Below, piece by piece: positions 1-9,391 of a DNA stretch of 64,000 nucleotides. The DNA is from an uncultured virus (IMG/VR IMGVR_UViG_3300034152_000554) (taxonomy: Duplodnaviria; Heunggongvirae; Uroviricota; Caudoviricetes): the IMG/VR virus record IMGVR_UViG_3300034152_000554. The stretch is one strand, 5' to 3'. The notes under the pieces were generated by a model. The model saw nothing but the letters and a program-made list of their open reading frames with translations. It had not been told where the DNA came from and did not search any database. How positions within the stretch are numbered: the stretch's first letter is position 1; each line of letters opens with the position of its first letter. The position numbers and the translations under genes are program-made.

Positions 1-186
1 AAGGGCAAAATCAACAATCCTGATATAATTTCTAATCTGATTCTTGTCTTTAGATGTCCTGGAATTGTTCAGATAAAGAAACACGACGATCTTGCATGGG
101 ATTCGCCAATTTTTGATTGTAATTCCAGGACATCTAAAGACAAGAATCAGATTAGAAATTATATCAGGATTGTTGATTTTGCCCTT
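1..186. repeat. Perfect 66-bp inverted repeat (1-66 vs 121-186) at the window start
   Basis: 1-66 is the exact reverse complement of 121-186, with a 54-bp spacer. Confidence 0.95.
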
Positions 187-249
187 GATGTATTCGAGAA
201 TCCTGATGACTGGTTTTATAAGATACAGGAAGGGAGGATAATAGAGTGA
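67..249 (+). CDS. 3' end of a truncated hypothetical gene
   Basis: Open frame VQIKKHDDLAWDSP...KIQEGRIIE*; its TGA overlaps the GTG start at 246 (GTGA coupling). Confidence 0.6.
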   Translation, partial: VQIKKHDDLAWDSPIFDCNSRTSKDKNQIRNYIRIVDFALDVFENPDDWFYKIQEGRIIE

Positions 250-653
250 TCAAACAAGAAACTCGTGAGCGAATCATCTACCAGTTAGCTAATGCAATGT
301 CGTTGGCAATGGTTGAACAGGTGCTATCAAACCCGAAATTGATGCTCGGATCTGCGGTGTTGGATGCTATTGATAGCGAGGCTGATCTTGAGTTTTACTT
401 TCGTAAAATACTGAGTGCATTTGCTAAAGAACTGCACAAAGAATCTATGAAGCAGAATTGGCTTGCTGAGGTAATTGAAGAGGCTAAAGGAATTGCTGGT
501 GATGCAATTCTTGAACAGTTCAATTCAAACATTAGGCCGCTGCTAAAAGAGATAGAAGCTACTCCACCGAATGAAGATGAGAGTGAAGATGTAGACCAGG
601 CAGCACAATCGGTTGCTGCGAATTTCAATGGACAAATTATTGAGGACGACTAA
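246..653 (+). CDS. Hypothetical phage protein
   Basis: 135-aa ORF, GGAGG upstream, tightly packed operon. Confidence 0.7.
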   Translation: MIKQETRERIIYQLANAMSLAMVEQVLSNPKLMLGSAVLDAIDSEADLEFYFRKILSAFAKELHKESMKQNWLAEVIEEAKGIAGDAILEQFNSNIRPLLKEIEATPPNEDESEDVDQAAQSVAANFNGQIIEDD

Positions 654-654
654 A

Positions 655-897
655 ATGCAAGACAGTGATAAGATGCTCCCAGAATATGATGAGATGATCC
701 CAGAATATGAGCGACTGCTTGAACAAATGGGGAGGCTTCAAGCTCGATGTGAAATGCTGGAAAACCATTGCAAGGAATGGCAAGAGCTTTCCTTGCCTGA
801 CAAGCCTGATCAGAATTTTGATTTTGTCAATAGCGTATATCGGCTTCAACACATCGGCTCTATAGTATTGGGTTCTATAGCATTGGAGGATAACTAA
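655..897 (+). CDS. Hypothetical protein
   Basis: ATG directly after the previous stop with GAGG upstream; internal 21-bp tandem duplication (MLPEYDE/MIPEYE). Confidence 0.6.
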   Translation: MQDSDKMLPEYDEMIPEYERLLEQMGRLQARCEMLENHCKEWQELSLPDKPDQNFDFVNSVYRLQHIGSIVLGSIALEDN

Positions 898-898
898 A

Positions 899-1333
899 AT
901 GCAAGATCATTTATCTGCCTGGTTTGAACAAAAGGCATTCAATGCAACTAGCTGGAAAGAGTTGCAAGATAGCTGGCCTGACTGGGTTCCAGAACATATC
1001 CAACAGGAGATTATGTTTATCTGGTCAGATCAAGGTAAAAATCTTAAGCGCACGCCTTCTGACTGGATAGTATCATGTGACGTAGTGAATACTCCTCTGC
1101 TTGGAGAAATTGTCAAATGCAATATCCTGGTTCAGGGTGATAATGGCTGCCTTGATTGGAAGATTATTGAAGGCCGCTATGTCCATGTGTCAGACAATGT
1201 TGGCTATGTGGTTTTGCCTAACAAAAAGACGATCAGTGCAACCACTCACGACAATGGGATTTGTCTTTCAATACCTTTCATGATGCCCTCTAAAGACTAT
1301 GACGAGTATTTGACAGCCAGCAAATCAGGCTGA
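899..1333 (+). CDS. Hypothetical protein
   Basis: 144-aa ORF, GGAGG RBS, operon packing. Confidence 0.7.
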   Translation: MQDHLSAWFEQKAFNATSWKELQDSWPDWVPEHIQQEIMFIWSDQGKNLKRTPSDWIVSCDVVNTPLLGEIVKCNILVQGDNGCLDWKIIEGRYVHVSDNVGYVVLPNKKTISATTHDNGICLSIPFMMPSKDYDEYLTASKSG

Positions 1334-1334
1334 T

Positions 1335-1892
1335 ATGCCTTTATCAAAGCTAAACAATAAAGCAACACGCCAGGTTTACGTTCTTGATCAGGGTTGTCGG
1401 CTGGATGAATTAGAACGTAAACCTGGACAACCTGATGCCTGGATACAAAAAGTTCAGGTTGTCAAATCAAAGCTTGATGCTAAAGTAGCTCGGATCGATT
1501 TCTTTAACATCCTGGTTGGTATCCCTTGCAGTTATGCAAAAGCCTGGTTTCTGCACCAGCGATTAAGTGAGTATATCACTCAACCCTGGGAGGTCTATCG
1601 ATGTCGTTGTACTTGCCCTGACTGCCAGGGTGAAACATTCAATCAAACTGAATGGACATTGTTTGATCAGTTTTGGGAAGCCTGTTCAATATCAGTTAAG
1701 CGCTCATTGGTATCTGTAGCTGATCTGCAAACAGGATTACCAATTCTAATTGATTCGCAGTTTGTCTACTGGGAGCAGGAAGGGAAAAAGAAATTCCCAA
1801 TTAAGCCAATGACATTTGATGAAGTAGTGCATCTTCAAGTTCATTCACGAAAGCAAAAAGACAGCAAGGGGGAATGGAATGACGAGAGATGA
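1335..1892 (+). CDS. Hypothetical protein with CxCxCxxC cysteine cluster
   Basis: 185-aa ORF; motif CRCTCPDC. Confidence 0.65.
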   Translation: MPLSKLNNKATRQVYVLDQGCRLDELERKPGQPDAWIQKVQVVKSKLDAKVARIDFFNILVGIPCSYAKAWFLHQRLSEYITQPWEVYRCRCTCPDCQGETFNQTEWTLFDQFWEACSISVKRSLVSVADLQTGLPILIDSQFVYWEQEGKKKFPIKPMTFDEVVHLQVHSRKQKDSKGEWNDER

Positions 1893-2094
1893 AGCGATTA
1901 AGATCCTGGATCAGACCAGCCTTGGCAAATCAGACGAGATGGTTTATTACAAATGTGAGGGAGAGCCGGTTGAACTTCTCAATTTGAATTTCCCTTTCAG
2001 CAGTGTCCAGGGGGCCAGGATCAAGCGGCCTAATGGCAAAATTCAATGGGTATTATTAAAAGACTTGGAAGTTAGGCAAACGGAGGTTAAATAA
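1879..2094 (+). CDS. Hypothetical protein
   Basis: Overlapping start and stop with neighbours. Confidence 0.6.
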   Translation: MTRDEAIKILDQTSLGKSDEMVYYKCEGEPVELLNLNFPFSSVQGARIKRPNGKIQWVLLKDLEVRQTEVK

Positions 2095-2300
2095 TGCAAT
2101 TTCTAGCAATTGAAGATGGCAACTACATTCTCAATCTCTCTCAAATTTCGCATATTGAAGCGTTTGACGAGGATCGCTGGGATGTAGTATTGACATGCGG
2201 CACTACTTTTTTCGTTGAAGGTGACGGACTGGAAAACTTAAAGAAGGTCGTGCGTAAAAATCAAGCAAATCCAGGAACTCAGGAGGTCAATGATGCCTAG
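2094..2300 (+). CDS. Hypothetical protein
   Basis: GGAGG RBS, TAATG coupling. Confidence 0.65.
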   Translation: MQFLAIEDGNYILNLSQISHIEAFDEDRWDVVLTCGTTFFVEGDGLENLKKVVRKNQANPGTQEVNDA

Positions 2301-2697
2301 AAATTCAATTTGCTCCAAAGGTATTAACTGGTATCAGGGTGAAATTGTTGAAGGGTATAAAACAAAGCGTGTGTACGGGCTTCCTCGTACTAATCCGCTT
2401 GCTCGAATTGAGTTCGACATGCAAACGGCTGGGTTTTGGCTTGCCGATCGTATTGACCAATTTCACTACTGGCTGCTCACGCTTGGCAAGCCAGAGCGTA
2501 GCTGTCAAGACTGCATTCATTTTGAATGGGATTTTGATGAGTCTAGTGGCTTGGCAGCGCCAGAATGTCGGCTTGCTTTCACCAAATATTCCGGTCAGTA
2601 TCCAGATGTCGTTGAGATTCTTGATCTTGCTATCAGGATAAACGGGAACGAAACCCTGGATGTTGCTACAATCTGTAATCACTACAAGGAGTATTAA
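2290..2697 (+). CDS. Hypothetical Cys-rich, possibly metal-binding protein
   Basis: AGGAGG RBS; CQDCIHF...C...CNHY. Confidence 0.6.
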   Translation: MMPRNSICSKGINWYQGEIVEGYKTKRVYGLPRTNPLARIEFDMQTAGFWLADRIDQFHYWLLTLGKPERSCQDCIHFEWDFDESSGLAAPECRLAFTKYSGQYPDVVEILDLAIRINGNETLDVATICNHYKEY

Positions 2698-2698
2698 A

Positions 2699-2887
2699 AT
2701 GTCTTCGATACGAAAGATAGTGTTCTCCAATCAGGAGATTGATTATGGCGGAACTGTGGGAGTGATCCCTGCTGGGCATGTTGGAGAAATTGTTGACTTT
2801 GGGCGAAGCTCTGGCGACCCAGTGATTTTGTGGGAAGATGGCAGGCGAACAATCGCGCCGTGGGCACTTATAGTAGTGGGTGATTGA
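2699..2887 (+). CDS. Small hypothetical protein
   Basis: AAGGAG RBS before ATG 2699. Confidence 0.55.
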   Translation: MSSIRKIVFSNQEIDYGGTVGVIPAGHVGEIVDFGRSSGDPVILWEDGRRTIAPWALIVVGD

Positions 2888-3219
2888 TAAGTTTTTCTAA
2901 TGAGTTGGGCTGTTGAACTATGGCAGACCCCCTGCTATGATTTCTGTAATTAAACTTTTTATCACTATGATGATAAGAGTTTTACCTACTATCAGGGTGT
3001 CTACCAACTGCCAGTGTAAATGGATTCAGAGAATGGTCAGTACAAGCAATCAAGATTGATTCAGATTCTATTTGAGTCTGCATCAAAGCTTCCTGGATAC
3101 GGCAAAGTATCACAGTACCGACTATTGGATCTCTGCAATCAATCGGGACTTGAAACGCTTAAAGAAGTCATTGATTTCTCAGTCGTTTCAAGTCCTGACA
3201 TTATCAAGCTCATTAGATT

Positions 3220-3858
3220 TTGGGAACAAAGGATATGCCAGCACTCACTCCAGAAAGACCCGAAGACGAGAATCAGAACCAGCAAGATGTGAATAACATT
3301 GATGCTGCTGATGATATTGAGTCCGATCTCGAAGGTCGATATGTCAAAATCGTTTTCAGCCTGCCAGAGGGCGTTTCTGTTGACCTCAATTTTCTTGATG
3401 AGACAGTGGAGTTGTTTGAAGGGGGTGATGATCAGTTCCCAACAAATGAAGATTTGGAATTGGCAAAGGCATTTGAGGAATCTGAAGCCCTGGGCGAGAG
3501 TGCAGAAGAAATCAAGGAACTTGAAGAACTGAAAGAAGCTGGGGCTGTTGGGGATCTGGGATTTGCCAAGTTTATTGCCAGTCCAGGTAGACAACAGAAT
3601 AAAGCTTTGCTTGAAACAGAAGTTGATGATCTTGATGCGATTGCAGAAGAACTAGAAAAAACGTTGCCTCCACAAATCGACCGTGAAGAATACATCGATA
3701 TGTATATTGGCATGGCTCGACTGATCAATGCACTTGAAGTCAGCCGTATGGAATTGCAAAACAAGCTGATCCAAGTCCGGTTTCATGATGACTCTCTATT
3801 AAAGTTTTTCTTGCAGAATCAGCAAGACTTAATGGATTTTTATACCGGACTGTTTTAA
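3220..3858 (+). CDS. Highly acidic hypothetical protein
   Basis: 212-aa D/E-rich ORF; start uncertain. Confidence 0.65.
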   Translation: MGTKDMPALTPERPEDENQNQQDVNNIDAADDIESDLEGRYVKIVFSLPEGVSVDLNFLDETVELFEGGDDQFPTNEDLELAKAFEESEALGESAEEIKELEELKEAGAVGDLGFAKFIASPGRQQNKALLETEVDDLDAIAEELEKTLPPQIDREEYIDMYIGMARLINALEVSRMELQNKLIQVRFHDDSLLKFFLQNQQDLMDFYTGLF

Positions 3859-3873
3859 TTTAGGTAACTAACA

Positions 3874-4188
3874 ATGCTAGTAAATCAAGTGCAGTCTGCC
3901 TCGCCAATCGATGCAGGTGAAATGACCTGGCTATTGGTTGATGGTAAGATGTTTCGAGAGCTATATGTCTCTCCTATTGGCGAGACAGCCTGGTTTCATT
4001 GTTCTCATACCAAGATCCGATCATTGCCTCAATGTAAAGGCACATGGATCAGAGGGGGAAATGGCTGGGGTGAAAAAGGTCGAGACACCAAAGCAGGAGA
4101 GAGCGTCGGCATGAGTACAATGCAGGCGCTCTTGAAAAGTAATTACAAAGTGATCCGACCTGATGACATTGATGAGGATCTCAAATAA
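3874..4188 (+). CDS. Hypothetical protein
   Basis: ORF coupled to the next gene. Confidence 0.6.
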   Translation: MLVNQVQSASPIDAGEMTWLLVDGKMFRELYVSPIGETAWFHCSHTKIRSLPQCKGTWIRGGNGWGEKGRDTKAGESVGMSTMQALLKSNYKVIRPDDIDEDLK

Positions 4189-4580
4189 TGACCATAATGA
4201 TTTCCAGCTTGCTTGGATATGATCCTGGCTTCTCCCTAAATCAGCAGTATTTAATTGCCAGCGAAGAGCCGGTTAGCCTTGATTCGGATGAAACTGAACT
4301 GTGGTATGTCTATTCAACCCATCCCCCACAGATAGCGCCATCAAGAATGTTTGGTGAGAACTGTAGGCCGATTGTATTTTCTTCGAGCAGTCGTAGTCGG
4401 TATGGCTATTCTGATGCAATTCAGGTGTGGCATCATTCTAGTAGGCTGCATCAAAAGACCCTGAAAATCTTTAGCTTGCAAGAGCTAATTCGTTCAGGCC
4501 GATTAGAACGATTTACTCAAGAGGAGCTAAATCAAGCAGGAGTGTTAAAGCAAGATAATAAGACTTGTGGTGATAAATAA
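4188..4580 (+). CDS. Hypothetical protein
   Basis: TAATG coupling on both sides. Confidence 0.6.
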   Translation: MTIMISSLLGYDPGFSLNQQYLIASEEPVSLDSDETELWYVYSTHPPQIAPSRMFGENCRPIVFSSSSRSRYGYSDAIQVWHHSSRLHQKTLKIFSLQELIRSGRLERFTQEELNQAGVLKQDNKTCGDK

Positions 4581-5389
4581 TGAATGACAAAACGATTGTT
4601 GATGTAGAGCAAACCCAACCCCGTGATCCGTTTTTCCGGGTTGAGTTAATGAGGCAAACCCCATTGCCTAACTCTCTTGTCTATATGGCAATGCGGCAAG
4701 ATCACTTGTCTGAATATATCTTTGAACGACTAATTTGCCCTGATGAGCGTGAATGCGGGAACCGAATTGTTAAGCATCTGCTGTCTGGAAGCAAAGGTCA
4801 TTATGGAGTTTTAGAGGCTCCGCAGATTACTTTAGCCTGTGGCTATTTCCCGCACAGTGTTATGCAGCAGCTACGCACGCACCGGATTGGCATCTCATTT
4901 GATGTTCAATCATTCCGGTTCACATCAAATCCAATCGAAGAGATTGGTGAGATGATATCAAAGCATCGTTATTGCATTGACGACCCAGAGCTTACTTATT
5001 TGATTGAGAAAACATTCTACTTGCGGCCAGCAGGTGATTACCAAGATCCCGAAAATGGCAGCACCTACACATATGATGTAGTGATGCGGGAAGAAGATAT
5101 TCAAGCAATTGCTGATGCTTGTGCATCTTATTACTACAAGCGTCATTTTCTTAACATCTCAAAAGAACACGCCAGGGGTACGCTACCATTTGACATGCGG
5201 CAACATTTTGTTGTTTCAATGAACATGCGAAGCATGATGCACCTGCTTCAAATTCGATCGAAAAAAGATGCTCAACTGGAAGTTCGTCAGTGGTGTGATC
5301 TGGTGTTGCCACACTTTGAAAAATGGTCGCCAGAGGTTTACCAGTGGTTTATGGATAATCTTTACATCAAAGGAAAGCTGGCCCCATGA
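4580..5389 (+). CDS. thyX: FAD-dependent thymidylate synthase ThyX
   Basis: GHYGVLE, QLRTHRIGISFDVQSFRF (ThyX RHR..S signature variant), KEHARGTLP, NMRSMMH, AQLEVR. Confidence 0.93.
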   Translation: MNDKTIVDVEQTQPRDPFFRVELMRQTPLPNSLVYMAMRQDHLSEYIFERLICPDERECGNRIVKHLLSGSKGHYGVLEAPQITLACGYFPHSVMQQLRTHRIGISFDVQSFRFTSNPIEEIGEMISKHRYCIDDPELTYLIEKTFYLRPAGDYQDPENGSTYTYDVVMREEDIQAIADACASYYYKRHFLNISKEHARGTLPFDMRQHFVVSMNMRSMMHLLQIRSKKDAQLEVRQWCDLVLPHFEKWSPEVYQWFMDNLYIKGKLAP

Positions 5390-5589
5390 ACGCATACGAT
5401 ATTGCGCTCGATATGAAAGCTTTGCTTGATCAGGGTGTCAGCATGGCAAGCGCAATATCAAAATACCTTGATGCAGGAGTGCCCCTGGAGATTGTCCAGA
5501 AAGCATACAGCATTGTTCTGGACGATCCGTTAATTGGCATTATGCAGGCAGAACCATTTAAGGCTCCTGGAGTTGTGATCTATGAGTAG
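5386..5589 (+). CDS. Hypothetical protein
   Basis: ATGA overlap with thyX. Confidence 0.6.
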   Translation: MNAYDIALDMKALLDQGVSMASAISKYLDAGVPLEIVQKAYSIVLDDPLIGIMQAEPFKAPGVVIYE

Positions 5590-5932
5590 CCATCTAGACA
5601 AGTTGCCAGCAATTATTGAGCTTCTTGAACAGGAGGCTCCAGGCTCATTGATGCCTTATTTGAGGCAGCGACACATGCTTGGCATGAAAAAATATGGTCA
5701 GCCATTAAAGCCATTTGGCGGCAACGATCCGATTGTTTACGCCTTTGAAGAGTTTCTTGATGGGATTTTCTATACCAGGCAAGCACTGGCAGAACGCAAT
5801 CGGTTTGTGACCTGGCTGTTCTATAAGCTGCTGGTACTGTTAACAACTGCATACTATCATCAGCATAAGTCCAGGCTTGATATTTGGTGTGCATCCAAGC
5901 TTGATAAATATTATCAACACGATGTAGAATGA
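5582..5932 (+). CDS. Putative all-alpha NTP pyrophosphohydrolase-like (MazG-like) protein
   Basis: R...GMKKYG...AFEEFLDGIFY pattern; next to thyX. Confidence 0.5.
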   Translation: MSSHLDKLPAIIELLEQEAPGSLMPYLRQRHMLGMKKYGQPLKPFGGNDPIVYAFEEFLDGIFYTRQALAERNRFVTWLFYKLLVLLTTAYYHQHKSRLDIWCASKLDKYYQHDVE

Positions 5933-5939
5933 GTGCAGC

Positions 5940-6185
5940 ATGAGGAATAACGAAACCAACTTTAGTAGACTGCTGGCTGGAATTGAAAGTCAGTATCAAC
6001 TCCGGCTCAGTGCAGTCTGGGCTAACCATCGCAGGTTTCCAAAATACGGCATCTACCATGACAAGATCCTCAAAGGGCTTGAGGTGTTAGATAAGAATAA
6101 CCCTGAAGCAGTTGAGGCTTTTGTTGAAGAATGTGAGAAGGATTATCAATTTCACAGTGCTTACAAAGCGAATAGAAGAAAATAG
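5940..6185 (+). CDS. Hypothetical protein
   Basis: ORF in operon. Confidence 0.55.
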   Translation: MRNNETNFSRLLAGIESQYQLRLSAVWANHRRFPKYGIYHDKILKGLEVLDKNNPEAVEAFVEECEKDYQFHSAYKANRRK

Positions 6186-6500
6186 ATGGAACAAGAATCA
6201 CAGCAAGCAACGTTGCTTGAAATGCAAAAAAAGCTTGACCAAATAATTCTGGCTGCAAACAGTATTGCCAAAGAGCTAAGGCAGATGCAGTCAAATGGAG
6301 ACAAGCGCACTTCAAAGTCTGAAGTGTCAAGGCAACTTTGTATTAGTGTTAACACAATCAATAAGCTGCTTGCTCAAGGTGTTTTAAGAATCGGGGTGCA
6401 TTATACTATCAATCAGTCGGGTCGCTACTATTTCGATATCAATGCGACCCGCACAAGATTGGAAGAAGTTGGATACATAGTTTCTGAACCTGAAAGATAA
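6186..6500 (+). CDS. Excisionase/MerR-like winged-HTH DNA-binding protein
   Basis: SKSEVSRQLCISVNTINKLLAQGVLRIGVHY...RYYFDI; about 1.1 kb from the integrase. Confidence 0.7.
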   Translation: MEQESQQATLLEMQKKLDQIILAANSIAKELRQMQSNGDKRTSKSEVSRQLCISVNTINKLLAQGVLRIGVHYTINQSGRYYFDINATRTRLEEVGYIVSEPER

Positions 6501-6525
6501 GGAACCTGAAAAATAAGGAGAAATA

Positions 6526-7623
6526 GTGATGGAACAAGAACCTAAGTTTGCCTATCAGTCTACCGAGAAAGTAAAGGAACTCAAGTTCCGCTATGAGCTT
6601 TCTGAAAAGGTTCGCAATAAGTATTTTGCTGAAATCGGGGTTATGCTCGAACCCAGTCAGACTATCTGGATCGATGCTGACCGACTGACCCAGGAACAGC
6701 GTGAGCATCTTCTTGCTACAACGAAAGGGATTTATCTTGAATATTCTCTTGGCAAATTTGACAAGCTAGAGATTGATGCCAGTGATATCGGCAATCGAAT
6801 CACTGAGAAGTTCAACGAGAAAAAAGCAGAAGAGCAAGAAGAGCGTGAACGTTGGGAGGCTCAAGTCCGTAAGTGGGAAGAGATGCCAGTTGAAGACTTA
6901 CCCAATGAGCGTCTTATGATTTTCTGCAAATTCCCAGAGGTTGAAGATGAGTTCACCGCTCGACTGGATGCCTTGAGGAAGAAAGCACGCGACTATTTTG
7001 ATGAAGTGTGCGAAAAAGATGCAGCAGAGCTTGAAGGTCTGACTCCAGAAGAGCTTGTCAAACTGGATGTTTTGAAACAGAAAGCACGCGACTATTTTGA
7101 TAAAGATGCAGCAAAGCCTGTCAACAAGGGAGCTTCTTATCTTTACAATAAAGATCGTTATCGACATTCATTTTTGAAAGTACGGGAGGATATCAAGCAG
7201 CGGTTTGATGCGATTCATGACCGTTACACACGCGAAAAGCAGCGCATCAAGGAAAACGAGAAAGCCCGTAAGGAGACAGAGAAAGCTGTCTGGATCTCTC
7301 GGCATGGCTCTGAGCATCTACGGAAGCTTTACGAAGGCGGATACGATACCAGCACAGTTTACGCCAAGGAGCGTGCAGCCCTGGAGTATCCTGGCTTTTG
7401 CATCGATTTGGATGACAACCTTAATTTTCGTAAATGCAGTCAGCCAAGCCTCCGTTCACTCAAAGAGCAAGAGTGCTATTCTCCCAAACCATCGATTGTG
7501 ATAGTGTCTGATTCTCACGATGAAGATGAACACCTAATCAATCCTGAGTATCCAGAGGAAGCCCTGCTGTTTGAGTCCTACCTTGATGAGTTCAACCTGG
7601 TTAAGTATCTTGGGATGGCTTAA
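6526..7623 (+). CDS. Hypothetical charged/coiled-coil protein
   Basis: 365 aa, AAGGAG RBS, internal duplication KARDYFD..KDAA. Confidence 0.75.
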   Translation: MMEQEPKFAYQSTEKVKELKFRYELSEKVRNKYFAEIGVMLEPSQTIWIDADRLTQEQREHLLATTKGIYLEYSLGKFDKLEIDASDIGNRITEKFNEKKAEEQEERERWEAQVRKWEEMPVEDLPNERLMIFCKFPEVEDEFTARLDALRKKARDYFDEVCEKDAAELEGLTPEELVKLDVLKQKARDYFDKDAAKPVNKGASYLYNKDRYRHSFLKVREDIKQRFDAIHDRYTREKQRIKENEKARKETEKAVWISRHGSEHLRKLYEGGYDTSTVYAKERAALEYPGFCIDLDDNLNFRKCSQPSLRSLKEQECYSPKPSIVIVSDSHDEDEHLINPEYPEEALLFESYLDEFNLVKYLGMA

Positions 7624-8732
7624 CTCAGGAAATAGCGCTTAATGTCAGAATCCCTAATCCAGCGCTGATACGTTTTGATATGTTCCTCGACTGTGTGACC
7701 CATTGCAGCAGCGGCTACACGGTCGGGGATTCCATCGTGAATCAGACGAATGGCGTAAGCGTGACGTAATGAATAGGGCAGGAATGGCATTTTGTAATAA
7801 TCGTTCAAGGCTTTGTAAACGCCTACCCCAAACTGATAGGTGCTATTGCGCTCCTGGTTGATTTGAGGCAGCTTGCCTTTCCAGGGTTGCCATTGATGCC
7901 ACCATTCAATTGGTCGTGCATAGACAATTCGGCGGCCTGTCTTGCCTTCAGTTACAATTGCTGTTCCTTCGTTGACTGAAATTGAACCCCAGTCTATGTA
8001 CCAGCACTCTGAAGGACGCAACCCAAATACTGCAATCAGCGCATAGGCTGTAGCCCAGATTTCACTTCGAGCCGCAAGAGTGTGATAGAACTCTTCTATC
8101 TCACTGTCTTCAGGGATATTCTTTGGTCTTAATTTGCTCCTGCTGTAACTACTCTTAACCCTTGATAGCTGCTCGTCAGTGAATGGCATCCCAAGCCAGT
8201 CGGCCAAAAGCTTAAATGCACTGCGAGCTTTACGCCTGCTTGGAGAGGCAATATCAAAGCTGCTAATAAACTTAATAATTTCTTCATGATCGAACTGCCT
8301 GTCTAGCCCATATCGGGCAAACCAGTAATAGTGAGAGTTTTTCCATGTATTTTGCCTGCGATACCGTTCACTCGTAGCGATCGCAAAAAAGTATTGCTCA
8401 TATTCAGGAATAACTTCTGCAAGGGTTTTACCAGAACGGTCATTGTTGTTGCCCTGCCTGGTATAGTCAGACCAACTGAATGAACGGTCAGCAATCTTGC
8501 CACTAATAATCCTGGCAATGCGTTCGGCCTCATAGCATCCTGGTATATTTGCCAGGATCGGTGGGTGTGGAGAGATGAATTGCTGGCTCCATTTCCCATT
8601 GCCATCTTTAGGGGGCAGCACCCCTCTGAGGTTGAGCCGTCTTCCTCTAACACAGATTGTCAGCCCAACATTGCCTGATTTAAGTTTTTTATTGATCTTG
8701 TCCAGAAGTGCGATAACCTGCTTGTCTACCAC
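7620..8732 (-). CDS. int: Tyrosine recombinase/integrase, cyanobacterial XisA/XisC-like
   Basis: N-terminal LNLRGVLPPK; catalytic R (GLRPSE), K (GKTGRR), YSLRHAYA, MGHT, Y (KTYQRW). Confidence 0.92.
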   Translation of the reverse strand: MVDKQVIALLDKINKKLKSGNVGLTICVRGRRLNLRGVLPPKDGNGKWSQQFISPHPPILANIPGCYEAERIARIISGKIADRSFSWSDYTRQGNNNDRSGKTLAEVIPEYEQYFFAIATSERYRRQNTWKNSHYYWFARYGLDRQFDHEEIIKFISSFDIASPSRRKARSAFKLLADWLGMPFTDEQLSRVKSSYSRSKLRPKNIPEDSEIEEFYHTLAARSEIWATAYALIAVFGLRPSECWYIDWGSISVNEGTAIVTEGKTGRRIVYARPIEWWHQWQPWKGKLPQINQERNSTYQFGVGVYKALNDYYKMPFLPYSLRHAYAIRLIHDGIPDRVAAAAMGHTVEEHIKTYQRWIRDSDIKRYFLS

Positions 8733-8751
8733 TAAGACACCACCACCAAGC

Positions 8752-8998
8752 TTTGATCTATATTTTGCTCTACTTAATATAGATCAAAAAGTCGATATTA
8801 TTATATTTTTTCTGCACTTTTTTAAGTACGCAATAGCTGTAAAGCCTTTGCTGTGCAAAGGCCAGAGCGCCAAAGCTGGCATTTGCCTGGTCTGTATCGG
8901 TAATTCTCTCATTAGAGAGTTGACTTAAAAGCCAGGAAGCTGGCTATAGCAACAACTCCTGGCTGTCTTAAAAATGATTTGTCTACATTTTGATCTTA
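8752..8998. other. Putative attP region with arm-type repeats
   Basis: TTTGATCTA-like motifs at 8752, 8764, inverted at 8780, and again at about 8978-8998, immediately upstream of int. Confidence 0.5.
8927..8964 (-). terminator. Intrinsic terminator ending the late operon
   Basis: Minus strand agccaggag...ttcctggct followed by TTT. Confidence 0.6.
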
Positions 8999-9391
8999 CT
9001 GCGGCAACTCTGGTTCTGGCTCAGGGAACACAATCCCTTCAGCCAGAACAAAATTTAGCGAGTACAGAAATTCACGGGCATAACTGTACCCTTCACCAGC
9101 TCGACACCAGGTTAAAAGATCAGGTGCTAGAAAATGCCGATCGTCAGTGGAAGTCCGGTAGTTCATTTTGTACTGCTTATCCGACTGATCAATTGCCTCA
9201 AATTCATCAAGGCGATCAGCCGGTATCTCTAAAAGGAACTGACTGATAAATACCCTCTGCTCCGCGTTGAATCCTCGTCCTGGCGGGACACGCATCGTTT
9301 CTGATATCTCTAAAGAGGCATCCTCGCTTAAAGCCTGGATTTCTTCGAGAGATTTGCCAGGTAGTAGTTCTAAAATTTGCTCCGGTGTCAT
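8996..9391 (-). CDS. Hypothetical protein, last gene of the tail block
   Basis: ATGA overlap with the upstream 1005-aa gene. Confidence 0.7.
   Translation of the reverse strand: MTPEQILELLPGKSLEEIQALSEDASLEISETMRVPPGRGFNAEQRVFISQFLLEIPADRLDEFEAIDQSDKQYKMNYRTSTDDRHFLAPDLLTWCRAGEGYSYAREFLYSLNFVLAEGIVFPEPEPELPQ

Noticed and set aside
1..186. Protelomerase hairpin telomere
   Set aside because: The arms are separated by a 54-bp non-palindromic spacer, overlap a coding frame, and no protelomerase is seen.
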